A DNA stretch of 64,000 nucleotides. Origin: Macrostomum lignano (lineage: Eukaryota). The notes under the pieces were generated by a model that was not told the DNA's origin, did no database searches, and worked only from the letters and a program-made list of their open reading frames with translations. A program made the translations under genes and the position numbers. Shown piece after piece: positions 1 to 11,610 of this stretch. The DNA is taken from positions 124,001 to 188,000 of the forward strand of contig NIVC01001677.1 in the NCBI GenBank assembly GCA_002269645.1, read 5' to 3'. The stretch's first letter is position 1; every line of letters starts with the position of its first letter.

Positions 1-124
1 GCGTGCCCAGAACCCATAGTGTCAGACAACACATCGGAGTTCTGCGACGGCGAGCTTCAGCAGTGGCTATGGCGCATTGAGTGCAACCTGGGGCACTGTT
101 CATCGAACCATCCTCAGTTCAAGG

Positions 125-1305
125 TGTAGTGTGAGCATCTTTGCGTATATTTTGTTGTAAATTGACTGCATTAGTTTCTATATTGTTATTGAATTGTTAT
201 TTTGCTTTAGTTTAGTCATGCGTTTTTTTGTGTACTTTTTCTAGTTGGTTGAAATCTAAAATTGTAAACAGGTTAGAGTTAGACGCCAAATTTTGTGACT
301 CAGCGGAGGGTTGAGTTTGTCTGCGAACCCCAGCTTTGCGCGGTCAGCCAATCAGAACCGGCCTGGACCCTGGCACGCGGCAAGTTTCAATTCTACCCGG
401 CGCCGCGGGCACAGTGCCATTCGGCTTAAGCAAGCGGCCGGCCAGACGACCACCACCCGGCTTGAGGGGGGTTTTGAGGGGTTGTGACTCTGACTATAAA
501 TGAATGTGTGTTTGGCAATCGGATCTCGCCTTCTCCTCTCTTCCCCGGTTTTGTCTTGTCTCCCGGCCGGTGGCCTAGCTGTTTCCCTTTGGTTCGCGCT
601 TTGAGGCGCCTGAATTCATCACCCCCGGTCCATATTTTTGTTCCCGCTCAACCGCAGTAGTCTTGTGGCGTAACGTCTACGGCAAATTTCTGTCTGAAGT
701 CGTCGCTATCAAGCGCGGTTAGATAGAGACTGTCGGATCTGATCAAGTACGCGGCCTCGACCCCGAGGGCCCCAGTGTTACACTGAAGGGCAGTGCCGAT
801 AGAACTTAGTCGGTACTCCGTTGAACGGTCGATTCGGCAGGGCTCTCGTTTGAGTGTAGGTTCTGGCTTAGGCCAGGGGTTAGGAGTCTTTCTCCGTGGT
901 CGTGTTCGGTTCTTCTCCTTCTTCTTCAGCTGAGATCCGCTTGTCAGTGCGTAATATAATCATTATTATTAATCGTTACTATTCGTTATCATCAGTCTAA
1001 TTATCTGCGTCGCGAATTTGCTTGAATCCTGTAACTTGAATAATCAAATTAAACCGTCTAGCCAATTATCAGTTGTATCACGTAGGATTATCACTCTCTA
1101 AATCTTTCGGTTTGTGTTCCCTCGTGTTCTTTATTTTCTTGTACTGTACCTGCGGCAATTGGAGAAAGACTGGTATGACTCGCCGACCGGCGATAGGCGA
1201 TTAGGATTAATAGCTTTAAAATCTCCAAACGCTCCAAGTAGGTTTGTCTAGGGCCTAAATAATTGCTTACCGTGCATGCTATTATCTAATTGCCTATTTA
1301 TCACA
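125..1305. mobile_element. Solo LTR (1181 bp) inserted into the integrase
   Basis: Starts TGT (125) and ends ACA (1305), flanked by AAGG at 121-124 and 1306-1309. Its removal restores the integrase frame. A TATAAA lies near 495. No coding capacity recognised. Confidence 0.8.
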
Positions 1306-1835
1306 AAGGGCTGCTCAGAGTGCATGGTCAGCCTACTTCTCAAAGTGCATGGTGCACAGCGGCTCCTTAGAGGCCAACCTGGCCAAGTTGCTGCTCAACT
1401 ACCGGTCGATAGCACGGTGGGACGGCCGAGGCAGTCCATCAGCGCTAAAAATGGGCCGACAGCTGAGGAGCCCTCTGACTATGACATTCGAGACCGACGT
1501 GCCGATAATTTACGCTCGTATCAGCCTGTCTCCGGTGCATCTACCGAGATAGCCATGTTTCGGCGTTCAGGCAGGCAGTAACACGGCTGCAGTGGTCATT
1601 CGAGACAACAACCGGTCGGTGCTCGCCCATCGAGACCAAAGCTTCCAGCGGACACGGCGTCCACGCCCCTCCAGCAGCAAGGGACCGGAGGCGAAATGGA
1701 GCAGTTGGCTTGGAGAGACTGCTGATGAGTCCGAGTCCGAGAGCTCGACCGCAAGAACTCAGGAGACCAACGCACCTTCCGAGCTGCAACAGAAGAGTCC
1801 ATCCCCAGCGGCTTACGCCTCGGTGGTGAGGCGGA

Positions 1836-2063
1836 TGTGGCGCCGCTGGGTTGCGTCACTTTTGATGAGCTAACGATCTACGCATTTCTATTATTGACTG
1901 GCTCTATGAGTTTAATGTACAAGTACTGTACTCAGCATGGAGGCCTGCCACGAATGCCGCCTATTGCACTTTAATAAGATTTTGTTTTGTTACAATATAA
2001 ATGCATGTATATGAGACTTGACGGTTAACAAGTCGTGAATATTAACCGAACTACGGAGCGACA
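1836..2063 (+). mobile_element. Probable 3' LTR of the host Gypsy element
   Basis: Purine-rich GGTGGTGAGGCGGA precedes TGTGGCGCC at 1836. The end GGAGCGACA (2063) matches the start as an inverted repeat at 7/9 positions. Confidence 0.5.
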
Positions 2064-2666
2064 CTATCAATTGCAGCATCTACAGATTCTCAAACAGGCT
2101 CTTTATGCCTACCGTCAATCGCTGTAAGCCCCTAAACAGTGAGCTTAAAATATTTTTTAAGTTATGCACAGTTCAAACTAAGCTTTATTTGGTTTAGCCA
2201 ACTAAAACGTTCGGGTAAGGTCTCAGGTAAATCTAGACGTAGCTACGAGCGAATGTTTCACCAACGTACCGACCTACAACTTTGTCGGTCATTCGTAAAA
2301 TATTTACCTCTGTCTCGGTGCCTCGGCGGAGAATTTCACAGTCAAGTGGCTTTCTGAAGATCACTAGCATCTCCAAAAAATGCACTTTTATTAAAAACAT
2401 TTTTATCGGTAGCTAATTCGTAGCTGGATGTGAAAAAATGTTTTTAGCGCCGATTGGTTAAGCAATCAAGCTTCTCTACGCCACTCATGGCCAATTGAAT
2501 TCACAAAACCAAATTTGCTGGAGCCCCTTTTACTCAGGATGAAAACTTCGTTTTGATTCTGCTTAGAAGCTGTCAGCATTTGTCATTCTGAAGAAAAAAA
2601 TTGAAAACAGAAGCTCACAGAATATTTGACGAGCTGAGAGTCAATTTCGATCGGATAGTTATAGCT

Positions 2667-5348
2667 ATGCAAGTACAACAGATAATTGCAATTGTTCTAA
2701 TGACTCAGACTCCAGCATCATCGTTTATTAAAGTCGCAGCTGCACAGCCAAGGAAAAATAGCTACTGTGTGGCTGGAGACTTCACACTAGCAATGCTGCA
2801 CAGTACCAGCTACTGTAGAAATAGTCTCAAAGAGGAGGATTTCCTGCGACAGTTGGTGCCTCGCTTCGTGCTCGAGAAAGTGGCAGCGAAGCCGGGCACA
2901 ATATTCAGCCAGAGTGAAAACCTCACTTTAGGAGTCGTTTTTCTCGACACCTGCTACTCCGAGGCTAAAGGTGCCGCTGCTGCGAGTCGAGTTCGAGCTG
3001 CTTGGAGACGTCCGGCTCTTTTGGAAACTGGAGACCGGTGCAGTATGCTCAATGGCATCGATCCCGACCCGGTGTATCTGGTGCACGGTGTCGTTGGCGG
3101 CTGGTCCAGCACCGTCACTCAGACTTTGTTATTCCCATTGCAGAACGAAGCTCTGCCCACAGTCGGAACCGAGTGCAGCAGCGACTCGCTCAGCGATCGA
3201 GTTCGGTTCCCCAACTTTGTACGACTGGTGAGTCCGGACTCATATCAAGCGATGGTGATCATCGACCTGCTCCGCGAGTTCAACTGGACGTACATCGGTC
3301 TGCTCTACGATCCAGGAAGTGTCTACAACACAAACATAGTAACGCAGCTAATCTCAATTCTGCCAACTCGATTCCCCCTTGCCTGTCTAGCCTTTCTAAT
3401 GCCACTGACAAGTGCAAATGTAGCAGCAGCTATAATAGAACAATATCAAACCCAACCAAATTTACGAGCACTGATTTGGCTAAAAAGTATCGACAATAAT
3501 TTGGAGACTATTCAACTTCTTCAAGCATTGGGAAAAGCTGGCGTGTATCTCATTATGGTTGATGGGAACTACAATAAAAATATCTATACAAACAACTCAT
3601 TCACCGTCTACTTCAATATGTTCCCAACACCCGACTTGATGCAGTGGTACCTGAACCTTACCTACTCTGACCTCTCTAAGATGTACAACGGTGCAATCAT
3701 GTTTGATCAGCTGATGAACTGCTCAACGTGTGCCTGTTGCACTACGAACTCGTCTCGTCGAGTGTCCGAGTCGAGCAGCTTCACCCCGTCCAGCATTGTC
3801 GCTCCAGTCGCTCGGATGCTGGACGCGTTTCTCTTGTTCGCCCACGCGATCGACGCGGTGGCCAGGTCGGAGTGCGCGACCAGCCTGGAGTCGAGGCTGA
3901 ACAAGTCGGCGCTGCTGCAGTGCGTGACCGGACCGCTGCTGCTGAGGCAGCTGTACCGAACGAACTTCACCGGCTACACGGGAGAGGTGAAACTCGACAG
4001 CAATGGAAACGGTCCCGCTTCCTATGTTGTGCTCTACCAGAGCAGCAAACAGGTGAGCTCGAGAGTGACTGTCGGTGTGTGGAGCTCTGAGCACGGTCTC
4101 AGCATGAATCGAAGCCTGATCTCGTGGCCTGGAGACGCGAGCGACCAACGCTCGGTACCAACAAGTGTGTGCTCTCTACCGTGCGGCAATCGCGAGTACC
4201 GAGTGCAGGTGAGCAAGTGCTGCTGGGTGTGCAGACCGTGCAGCTCCGACGAGATCGTAGGGTCGAACGGTACGTTGTGCGAGAAGTGCGCCTCGCTTAC
4301 CTGGCCGAGCTCGAACTACTCTCGCTGCGAGCCGCTCGCGCTGACCGTCCTCCGACCGAGTGACACTAGCGGCATCGTGTTCATCGGCGTGTCGGCGCTC
4401 GGCTCTGCGGTCACCATGGCGACCGGAGTGTTCTTCTTGGCCAGGTCGAACGTGCCGCTGCTGAAGGCGTCCTCGCTAGAGCTGAGCGTGTTCCAACAGG
4501 TCGGCATCCAGCTCGGACTCGTCGACGTGGCGCTGTTCTTCGGCAAGCCGTCGCTCACCGTGTGCAACGTGCAGGCGTTTCTGTACCACTTCAGCCTCAC
4601 GATGGTGTACGCGGCTCTGCTGACCAAGAGCGCTCGGATCTACCGCGTGTTCGTGGGCTCCATGCGCGGCACATCTGGACTGAAATTCACAGGGCGCAGG
4701 GCCGTAATAGTCATGACAATTGCAGTTTGTATGTTGCAGGTAACTCGTTCTTGGTTTATTTGCTTCAGAAGAACTCCCGCATTTTTTCGTATTTTACTTT
4801 TCCTATGTTACTCTAAAACTGAAGTTTACCTAGAAAATATATTGTAAATAAGGGTTATTTAATATTCAATATTGGACGATCCATCTCTTCAGGTGTTGCT
4901 ACTGTGCAGCGTTCTCAGCGCGCGTCCGATCCGCCCCGTCAAGCTGCTGCTCAACGGCCTCCGATCCGACGCCAGACCCGTCGTGGAGTTCCAGTGCGAC
5001 TACTTTTCCAGCAGCCTGTGGATTCCCTACGCGCTCAACCTGATGCTCATGCTGGTCACGTGCTCGCTGGCCGTGCGAGTTCGCAGCCTACCGGACAATT
5101 TCCACGACAGCAAGTGCATCCTGGCCTTCACGGCGTGCGCCACCTTCGTGTGGATCGCCTTCATTCCCAGCCTCGTCACGATGGCCTCGCTGACGTCAGC
5201 AGCCGCTTTGCTGATCTTCGTTCTGCTTTTCACCAACCTGTTCGCGGTGAGCATCCTGTTCCTGCCCAAGGTCTACGCCGTTGTGTTCAATAAGTCCGAC
5301 GATGCCAAGCACTACAACAATGGCGTCATATGTGCCACTGTGGCTTAA
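2667..5348 (+). CDS. Class C (mGluR/CaSR-like) GPCR; join(2667..4739,4893..5348)
   Basis: Venus-flytrap motifs (LGVVFLDTC, SDRVRFPNFVRLVSPD, FNWTYIGLLY, NFTGYTGEVKLDSNGN), a nine-cysteine domain (PTSVCSLPC..KCCWVCRPC..CEKC..CEP) and 7TM motifs (LLKASSLELS, LLTKSARIYRVF, LPDNFHDSKCI, LFLPKVY). Intron 4740-4892 is CAG|GTAACT...TTCAG|GTG, phase 0. The ATG at 2667 is followed by a hydrophobic leader. Confidence 0.92.
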
Positions 5349-5757
5349 CAAACGTATTATGGCTTTAAGAAAGGCAACAGTGACTCTTGCTTTATTTTAC
5401 TCTATTGATAATAAATTTTGTGTAAAGGATCAAATACTAAGGTAATTTTTTAAAAAAATCTTCACTTGTATTGTATGTCGAAAGTTTATTTTACATGAAA
5501 TTGTAAGTGTAAATCTGCTTGGGTTTATTGCTGATTTGTTCTACTAAGCAATGTCTCGCTTAGTCTGATTCATCATAGTCTTGTCACGTACTTGTGTCAC
5601 GTGCTTGTCACGTAGTCTTGTCTTGTCGGACTTACACTTCATGTGTAAACGAATGTAGCTGAATTAATCAAGATTGCAGTTTTTTGTCGTCATAATTGTT
5701 TAGTGTAATTTTTGCGTCTTCTCTTTAGTCTCGCACTGTCGTTAATCTCCATTTTAA

Positions 5758-6929
5758 TAGTCGAGTATAGTAAAATCGTAATGACTTGAAGTTTAAAGTA
5801 CATGTATGTACGCTGGTGCAGCCAAACGAACATTATAATTTTGTTAGATCCGCGTAATTCTTTGGCCTACAGAATACGGTCGGGTGTACAAGGTACTGAA
5901 TACGCTCGTATGACCTAATTAACCCCACTACGGTATAAATAGTCCCTAGCTGCATTTTTCTCCAAGTTATCTGTACTACTTGTACGTGTAACATTTACAC
6001 ATCATAAGAGGACATTCTGTTTCTCAAACTTAGCAGATCTTGTCTCTGTGCCATTCTAGCAGATCTTCTCAATTTGCTCGGTTCTTGCAGGAACTTCTAA
6101 GAAGGGATGTACATTTGTTTTGTCATTTATTTGGCCAAAGTGTTCTAGCTTCATTATTTTTCATTTTGTGACAAAATGGGGCAATAAATTCAATAAAATA
6201 TGCGATTCGAAGCTATAAAAAGATATAATTAAAAGTTAAGATCTTGTACGATGTAGCAAGTCGACCAGATCTAGTACGTTTACCTAAGTATTATCATAGC
6301 GAAGATCTTGCACGTTCTTGCAAGTACTTGCGCAGCAACTCAAGAAGATAGATAAGATCTGTTAAGAATCAACACGTCAATGTCTTCTAGGGATGTATGG
6401 GCCGGCCTCTTTAACTCCAAAGAGATTGCCAAGCCCGGCAAGGCGCAAGCACAAATTTTAGATCCAAATACATGTATTAACCTGAAAGACGCTTAAAGTT
6501 GTATTGTTTCTGCACTTTCGACCCGATTCATCGATGAGCGGTCAGTTTTGTAATTGTAAATTAGCTTACTGACGTTACTTATGGCTTACGCCAATTGGTA
6601 CATTGGCAGACAATAAATTAAATATTGGTTATAATTAGATATTTAAAATCGAGTAAAAAAGCTAAATGATAGAGATGGATTAGACAACAACATGCCACAC
6701 CCTACTCTATTAAACCTTAGTAGTCGAGTATAGTAAAATCGTAATGAGTTGAGGTTTAAAGTACATGTATGTACGCATGTGCAGCCAAATGAAACATTAT
6801 AATTTTGTTAGATCCGTAACTCTTTGGCCTACAGAATACGGTCGGGTGTACAAGGTACTGAATATGACCAAATTAACCCCACTACTAAATAAAACAGTCC
6901 TTAGCTGCATTTTTCTCCAAGTTATCTGT
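5758..6929 (+). repeat. Dispersed ~210-bp direct repeat pair (5758-5974 and 6721-6929)
   Basis: Both copies run TAGTCGAGTATAGTAAAATCGTAATGA...GCTGCATTTTTCTCCAAGTTATCTGT, with scattered substitutions and a small indel. Confidence 0.85.
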
Positions 6930-7310
6930 CACTCAAGTACGTATTTCCAGAGTGATAACAGAAAAACAAATTATCAAATATTTTTTCTCTTAGTAAATAC
7001 AGTTATGAAAATAGCCTTCAGAAAAGTATCAAGTATAGTTGATTATTTAAAATCTTTTATGAGTGTTTCAAGTTTTGATTTTTTAAGTTGTTTTTTCCTT
7101 ACTTTTAATTGATATTTTACGCCTAATATTAAATTTGCCGCTATTAAATAAGGGTCATTGTGTCAAGTAGCAACTAGCAAGCGCAATTGTTGTGCATATA
7201 TTCTCGCTCTATTCACTTTATTATATATACGAAAACATCAGAATTATTTGTCCATGTTTTCCGTTCTCGTTATTGGTGCCAGATAAAACGATCTGCTTCA
7301 GTCGAATTGA

Positions 7311-10300
7311 ATGCAACTGCGTGTGCTGCGTTGGATTTTAAACAGATTACGGCGCATTTATATTATCTTTCCAATTTTGCTTCTTTTTGGATTGATTTTT
7401 GTCTTCTATCGCAACCCAGAGGTAAGTGGTGTACCTACGCCTTGACTGAATTTGTGCTAAATTTTAAATTGTGCTAATTGTGCTAAAATGCAAATGATGT
7501 ACTTTTACTTGTTATTTTGCTTTTGTTTGACAAGTTTTAAAATGCTTTCAGTGCCTAGGCCTATTTTAATTTTTTATGAGAATGACTAGTTATAGTAACT
7601 TAAACAGGTTAGATAGATATAAAATTAATTTATAGACCATACTTTGGTTTGGGTGCAAGAAAGTTCTTTCTGTTTTGGTTGGCTATGTGACATTTTTGCT
7701 AATCACAATGTAATTTTTCAGCAAATTTTGTATCATTTCACACAGAGATTGTGATTAGAGGTCGGATGGGATCCCGATCCCAAAATCTCGGGATCCCAAG
7801 GAAAATTAAATTCTTGCGGGATCCCTATTGGAATAAATGTTAAAAACCAGCAGACACGCATTTTAGAAAAGAGTCAAACTATTTTACCGTGCTTTAGGAT
7901 TATTAGAGACATTCCAAAAGATCTGCAGTTTTGTCAAAATCAAAATTCGCTAACTTTCCAAAATCAAAATTGAAATTTCCTGAAATCATAATTCAGAAAA
8001 ACAAAGTTTAGAAATTAGTATGATCAACACTCACTATTTTACTTTTAATTTACTGCTTAAGCAAAAAGTAATACATGTATATGTATAGACATGCGCAACC
8101 TTGGGAATCACTTGGCCATTTCTATTGGCAACACACACATGTAAACTTGTTGCTATTGGATGGAATAGTAGTCACATGCTCTCAGCCAATAGCAACTTAC
8201 ATGTGTGTGTGTTGCCAATAGAAATGGCCGGGTGAATCCCTGACCCTAGGTTGCGCCCAAGCATGTATATATAGTAGAAAGTAGTTTATTTTTAGCAACT
8301 TTTTAGACACTACCAAAATTTTCACTTCTAAATTTTTTTGAAATTGAAATTCGCTCTAAAAAATTTCAAATTTTGGAAAATTGAAATCGAATTTTTGGAA
8401 CATCTCTAAGCTTAATAAATTACGAGTGTATAAGCCCCTTCAACAGAGGTATATACCCATTTCCATGTATATGTATTTGCTAGAGCAGCAGCCAGTAAGA
8501 AAGGGCAGCGCGCGCAGGCAATGCGCCTGTGCGCGCGCTGCACTTTAGAAAAATTTCAAAAGTGCGCCGGACACCGTCTGCGGTTTTACAACTTTTTCCT
8601 ATAGGGCGCGGGACCAGAATCCTGACCCTAAAAAACTCTAGATTTGGCAACAGGTCTTTTGATTAAAAATTGATAGAATTAGTTATTACTTGAAGGTATT
8701 TTGCTTTAACTTATACTCATTACATTATTTACTTTGTTGGTTACAAAACTTCATATCAATTTTGTTGCATTTTACTTCTTGATCTTGACAATCTTTTCTC
8801 AATTTTGTTTAACTTTACATGGACAATACACTAAAAGACCTGATCCCAATTCCTGAATCCCAATCCCAATCCTGATCCAGCCTGAAGATTTCAATCCTAT
8901 CCGACCTCTAATTGTGATTATATTTGAACAAAGTATTAAAAGTAAAACAAATAAAAAAACAAAATAAGAGGTTTAATAACAAATAAGAAACAAGCTTCTA
9001 CCTTACCTTACAAATCATTACTAGGGCCTAGCCATTACTTTATAAATAAATAAAATAGTTACAAATAAAAAATGTTAAAAGTAATGAGATATAAGTAAAC
9101 AAAAGGGTGACAAGCTTTGACCTTAAAAATTTAAAAGAGAATGGTAAAAGTTAAAAGTAACAATCCCCTCATGCCTACTTGGGTCTGGGTCCAAACTTGT
9201 TGAGGACTGGTTGTATCATGTGGGCTGCAGGCATAACCCTACTCTAGAATCTTACATATATGCTAGAGTTCCTTTATTGTTGCAACATCTTTCTGATAAT
9301 ATCCAGCATATATATCACAAGTAAATTTGTTTTTCTGGCATAAACTTGAATTTATGATATAGGGGGTCACTTTGTCTAGCATTCTGTATAACAGATTTGA
9401 ATGTGGCATAGGCATTGATTGTATGTTTATGATAAAAAGTTTTGTCCTCTTTCCTCCACTGTTTTTCTTTCCAAGAAATTACACAATCTCAAGGTTAAAT
9501 TTGAGATGTATGTTTGATTTAAAAATCAAACATTTTTTTGTTTAACTGATTTTGTATAGAGTTTGGAAAGAATTCCAAAAACATTTATAAGTTTTTTTTA
9601 CAATAGAAATTAGGATAAATTTGATCGACTTAGTCGGTGGATTGCAGGCTCGTCACTTCGCCTTTTTACTCATTTATAACAGAGTTTTAGCAGCGGCTCG
9701 CAAGACAGCACCGAACAACTGCTCGCCTTCAAGTGGCAGTCGCGGCATCCGCTCGATCTCGATCAGGTGGGCTCTGGGACCGGCAACACTTCCAGTGCTG
9801 CGGATTCCTCCGCTGCTGCCAGCAAAAACTTCTCTTCACCGCAGCTGAGGCTCAGGTTGGTTTTGTTTAAATCTTCCGTAGAGTTGGCACTAACTATGAA
9901 ATAATGCAGCCAGATATGTGTCTGCCAGCCAGACACACTGCCAGACACACTGAACTTTATGGGCGGACAGGCAGTCAAATTGGTACAGTACAGACGAACG
10001 CTGAAAACCACGGCAAGGCAGACACAGAGACGGGCAGCCGGACACTGCACTGTTGGAGGCTACCTTCAGGCAGTCAGAGATTTCCACACAGAAGGGCGGA
10101 CAGACAGACACACTGGTACAGACAGACAGATATACAGGCACAGGAACAGACACAGGAGGCAGAGACGCACAGAGAGATAGACAGACAGACAGACAGACAG
10201 ATATACAGGCACAGGAACAGACACAGGAGGCAGAGACGCACAAAGAGATAGACAGACAGACAGACAGACATACACAGAAAGACAGACAGACACATACACA

Positions 10301-11107
10301 GATAGACAGACAAACATACACAGAAAGACAGACAGACACATACACAGACAGACATACACAGAAAGACAGACAGACAGACACATACACAGATAGACAGACA
10401 GACAGACAGACAGACATACACAGAAAGACAGACAGACAGACAGACATACACAGAAAGACAGACAGACAGACACATGCACAGACAGACAGACAGACATACA
10501 CAGAAAGACAGACAGACAGACACATACACAGACAGACAGACAGACAGACACATACAGACAGACAGTCAGACAGACAGACAGACACAGACAGACACATACA
10601 CAGAGAGACAGACAGACAGACACAGACAGACACATACACAGATAGACAGACAGACACATACACAGAGAGACAGACAGACACATACACAGAGAGACAGACA
10701 GACAGACAGACATACACAGAAAGACAGACAGACAGACACATACACATATAGACAGACAGACAGACACATACAGACAGACAGACAGTCAGACAGACAGACA
10801 CAGACAGACACATACACAGACAGACAGACAGACACATACACAGAGACAGAGAGACAGACAGACAGACAGACAGACACATACACAGACAGACAGACAGACA
10901 GACAGACACATACACAGAGAGACAGACAGACAGACACATACACAGATAGACAGACAGACACATACACAGAGAGACAGACAGACACATACACAGAGAAACA
11001 GACAGACACATACACAGAGAGACAGACAGACAGACATACACAGAAAGACAGACAGACAGACACATACACAGATAGACAGACAGACAGACAGACAGACATA
11101 CACAGAA

Positions 11108-11140
<33 letters not shown>

Positions 11141-11227
11141 CATACACAGAGAGACAGACAGACACATACACAGAGAGACAGACAGACAGACAGACATACA
11201 CAGAAAGACAGACAGACAGACATACAC

Positions 11228-11260
<33 letters not shown>

Positions 11261-11531
11261 TACACAGAAAGACAGACAGACAGACACATACACAGACAGA
11301 CAGACACATACAGACAGACAGACAGACAGACAGACAGTCAGACAGACAGACAGACAGACACAGACAGACACATACACAGAGAGACAGACAGACACATACA
11401 CAGAGAGACAGACAGACAGACACAGACAGACACATACACAGAGAGACAGACAGACAGACACATACACAGATAGACAGACAGACAGACAGACAGACATACA
11501 CAGAGAGACAGACAGACAGACAGACATACAC

Positions 11532-11568
<37 letters not shown>

Positions 11569-11571
11569 CAT

Positions 11572-11610
<39 letters not shown>

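Larger units (their letters stand above)
1..2063 (+). mobile_element. Degenerate Gypsy-type LTR retrotransposon 3' end (integrase core and C-terminus, PPT, 3' LTR), split by an insertion
   Basis: 1-123 reads ACPEPIVSDNTSEF...WLWRIEC..HCSSNHPQFK. Removing 125-1309 restores HPQFK-GCSECMV with exactly 35 residues between D and E (D35E). Frameshifted downstream frames give SLEANLAKLLLNYRS..SPSALKMGRQLRSPLT and VIRDNNRSVLAHRDQ, typical of the integrase C-terminus. Confidence 0.8.

Noticed and set aside
2601-4847. GPCR as a single 748-aa ORF truncated in the 7TM domain
   Set aside because: The last ~35 codons are intron read-through. Splicing 4739 to 4893 completes the 7TM domain.
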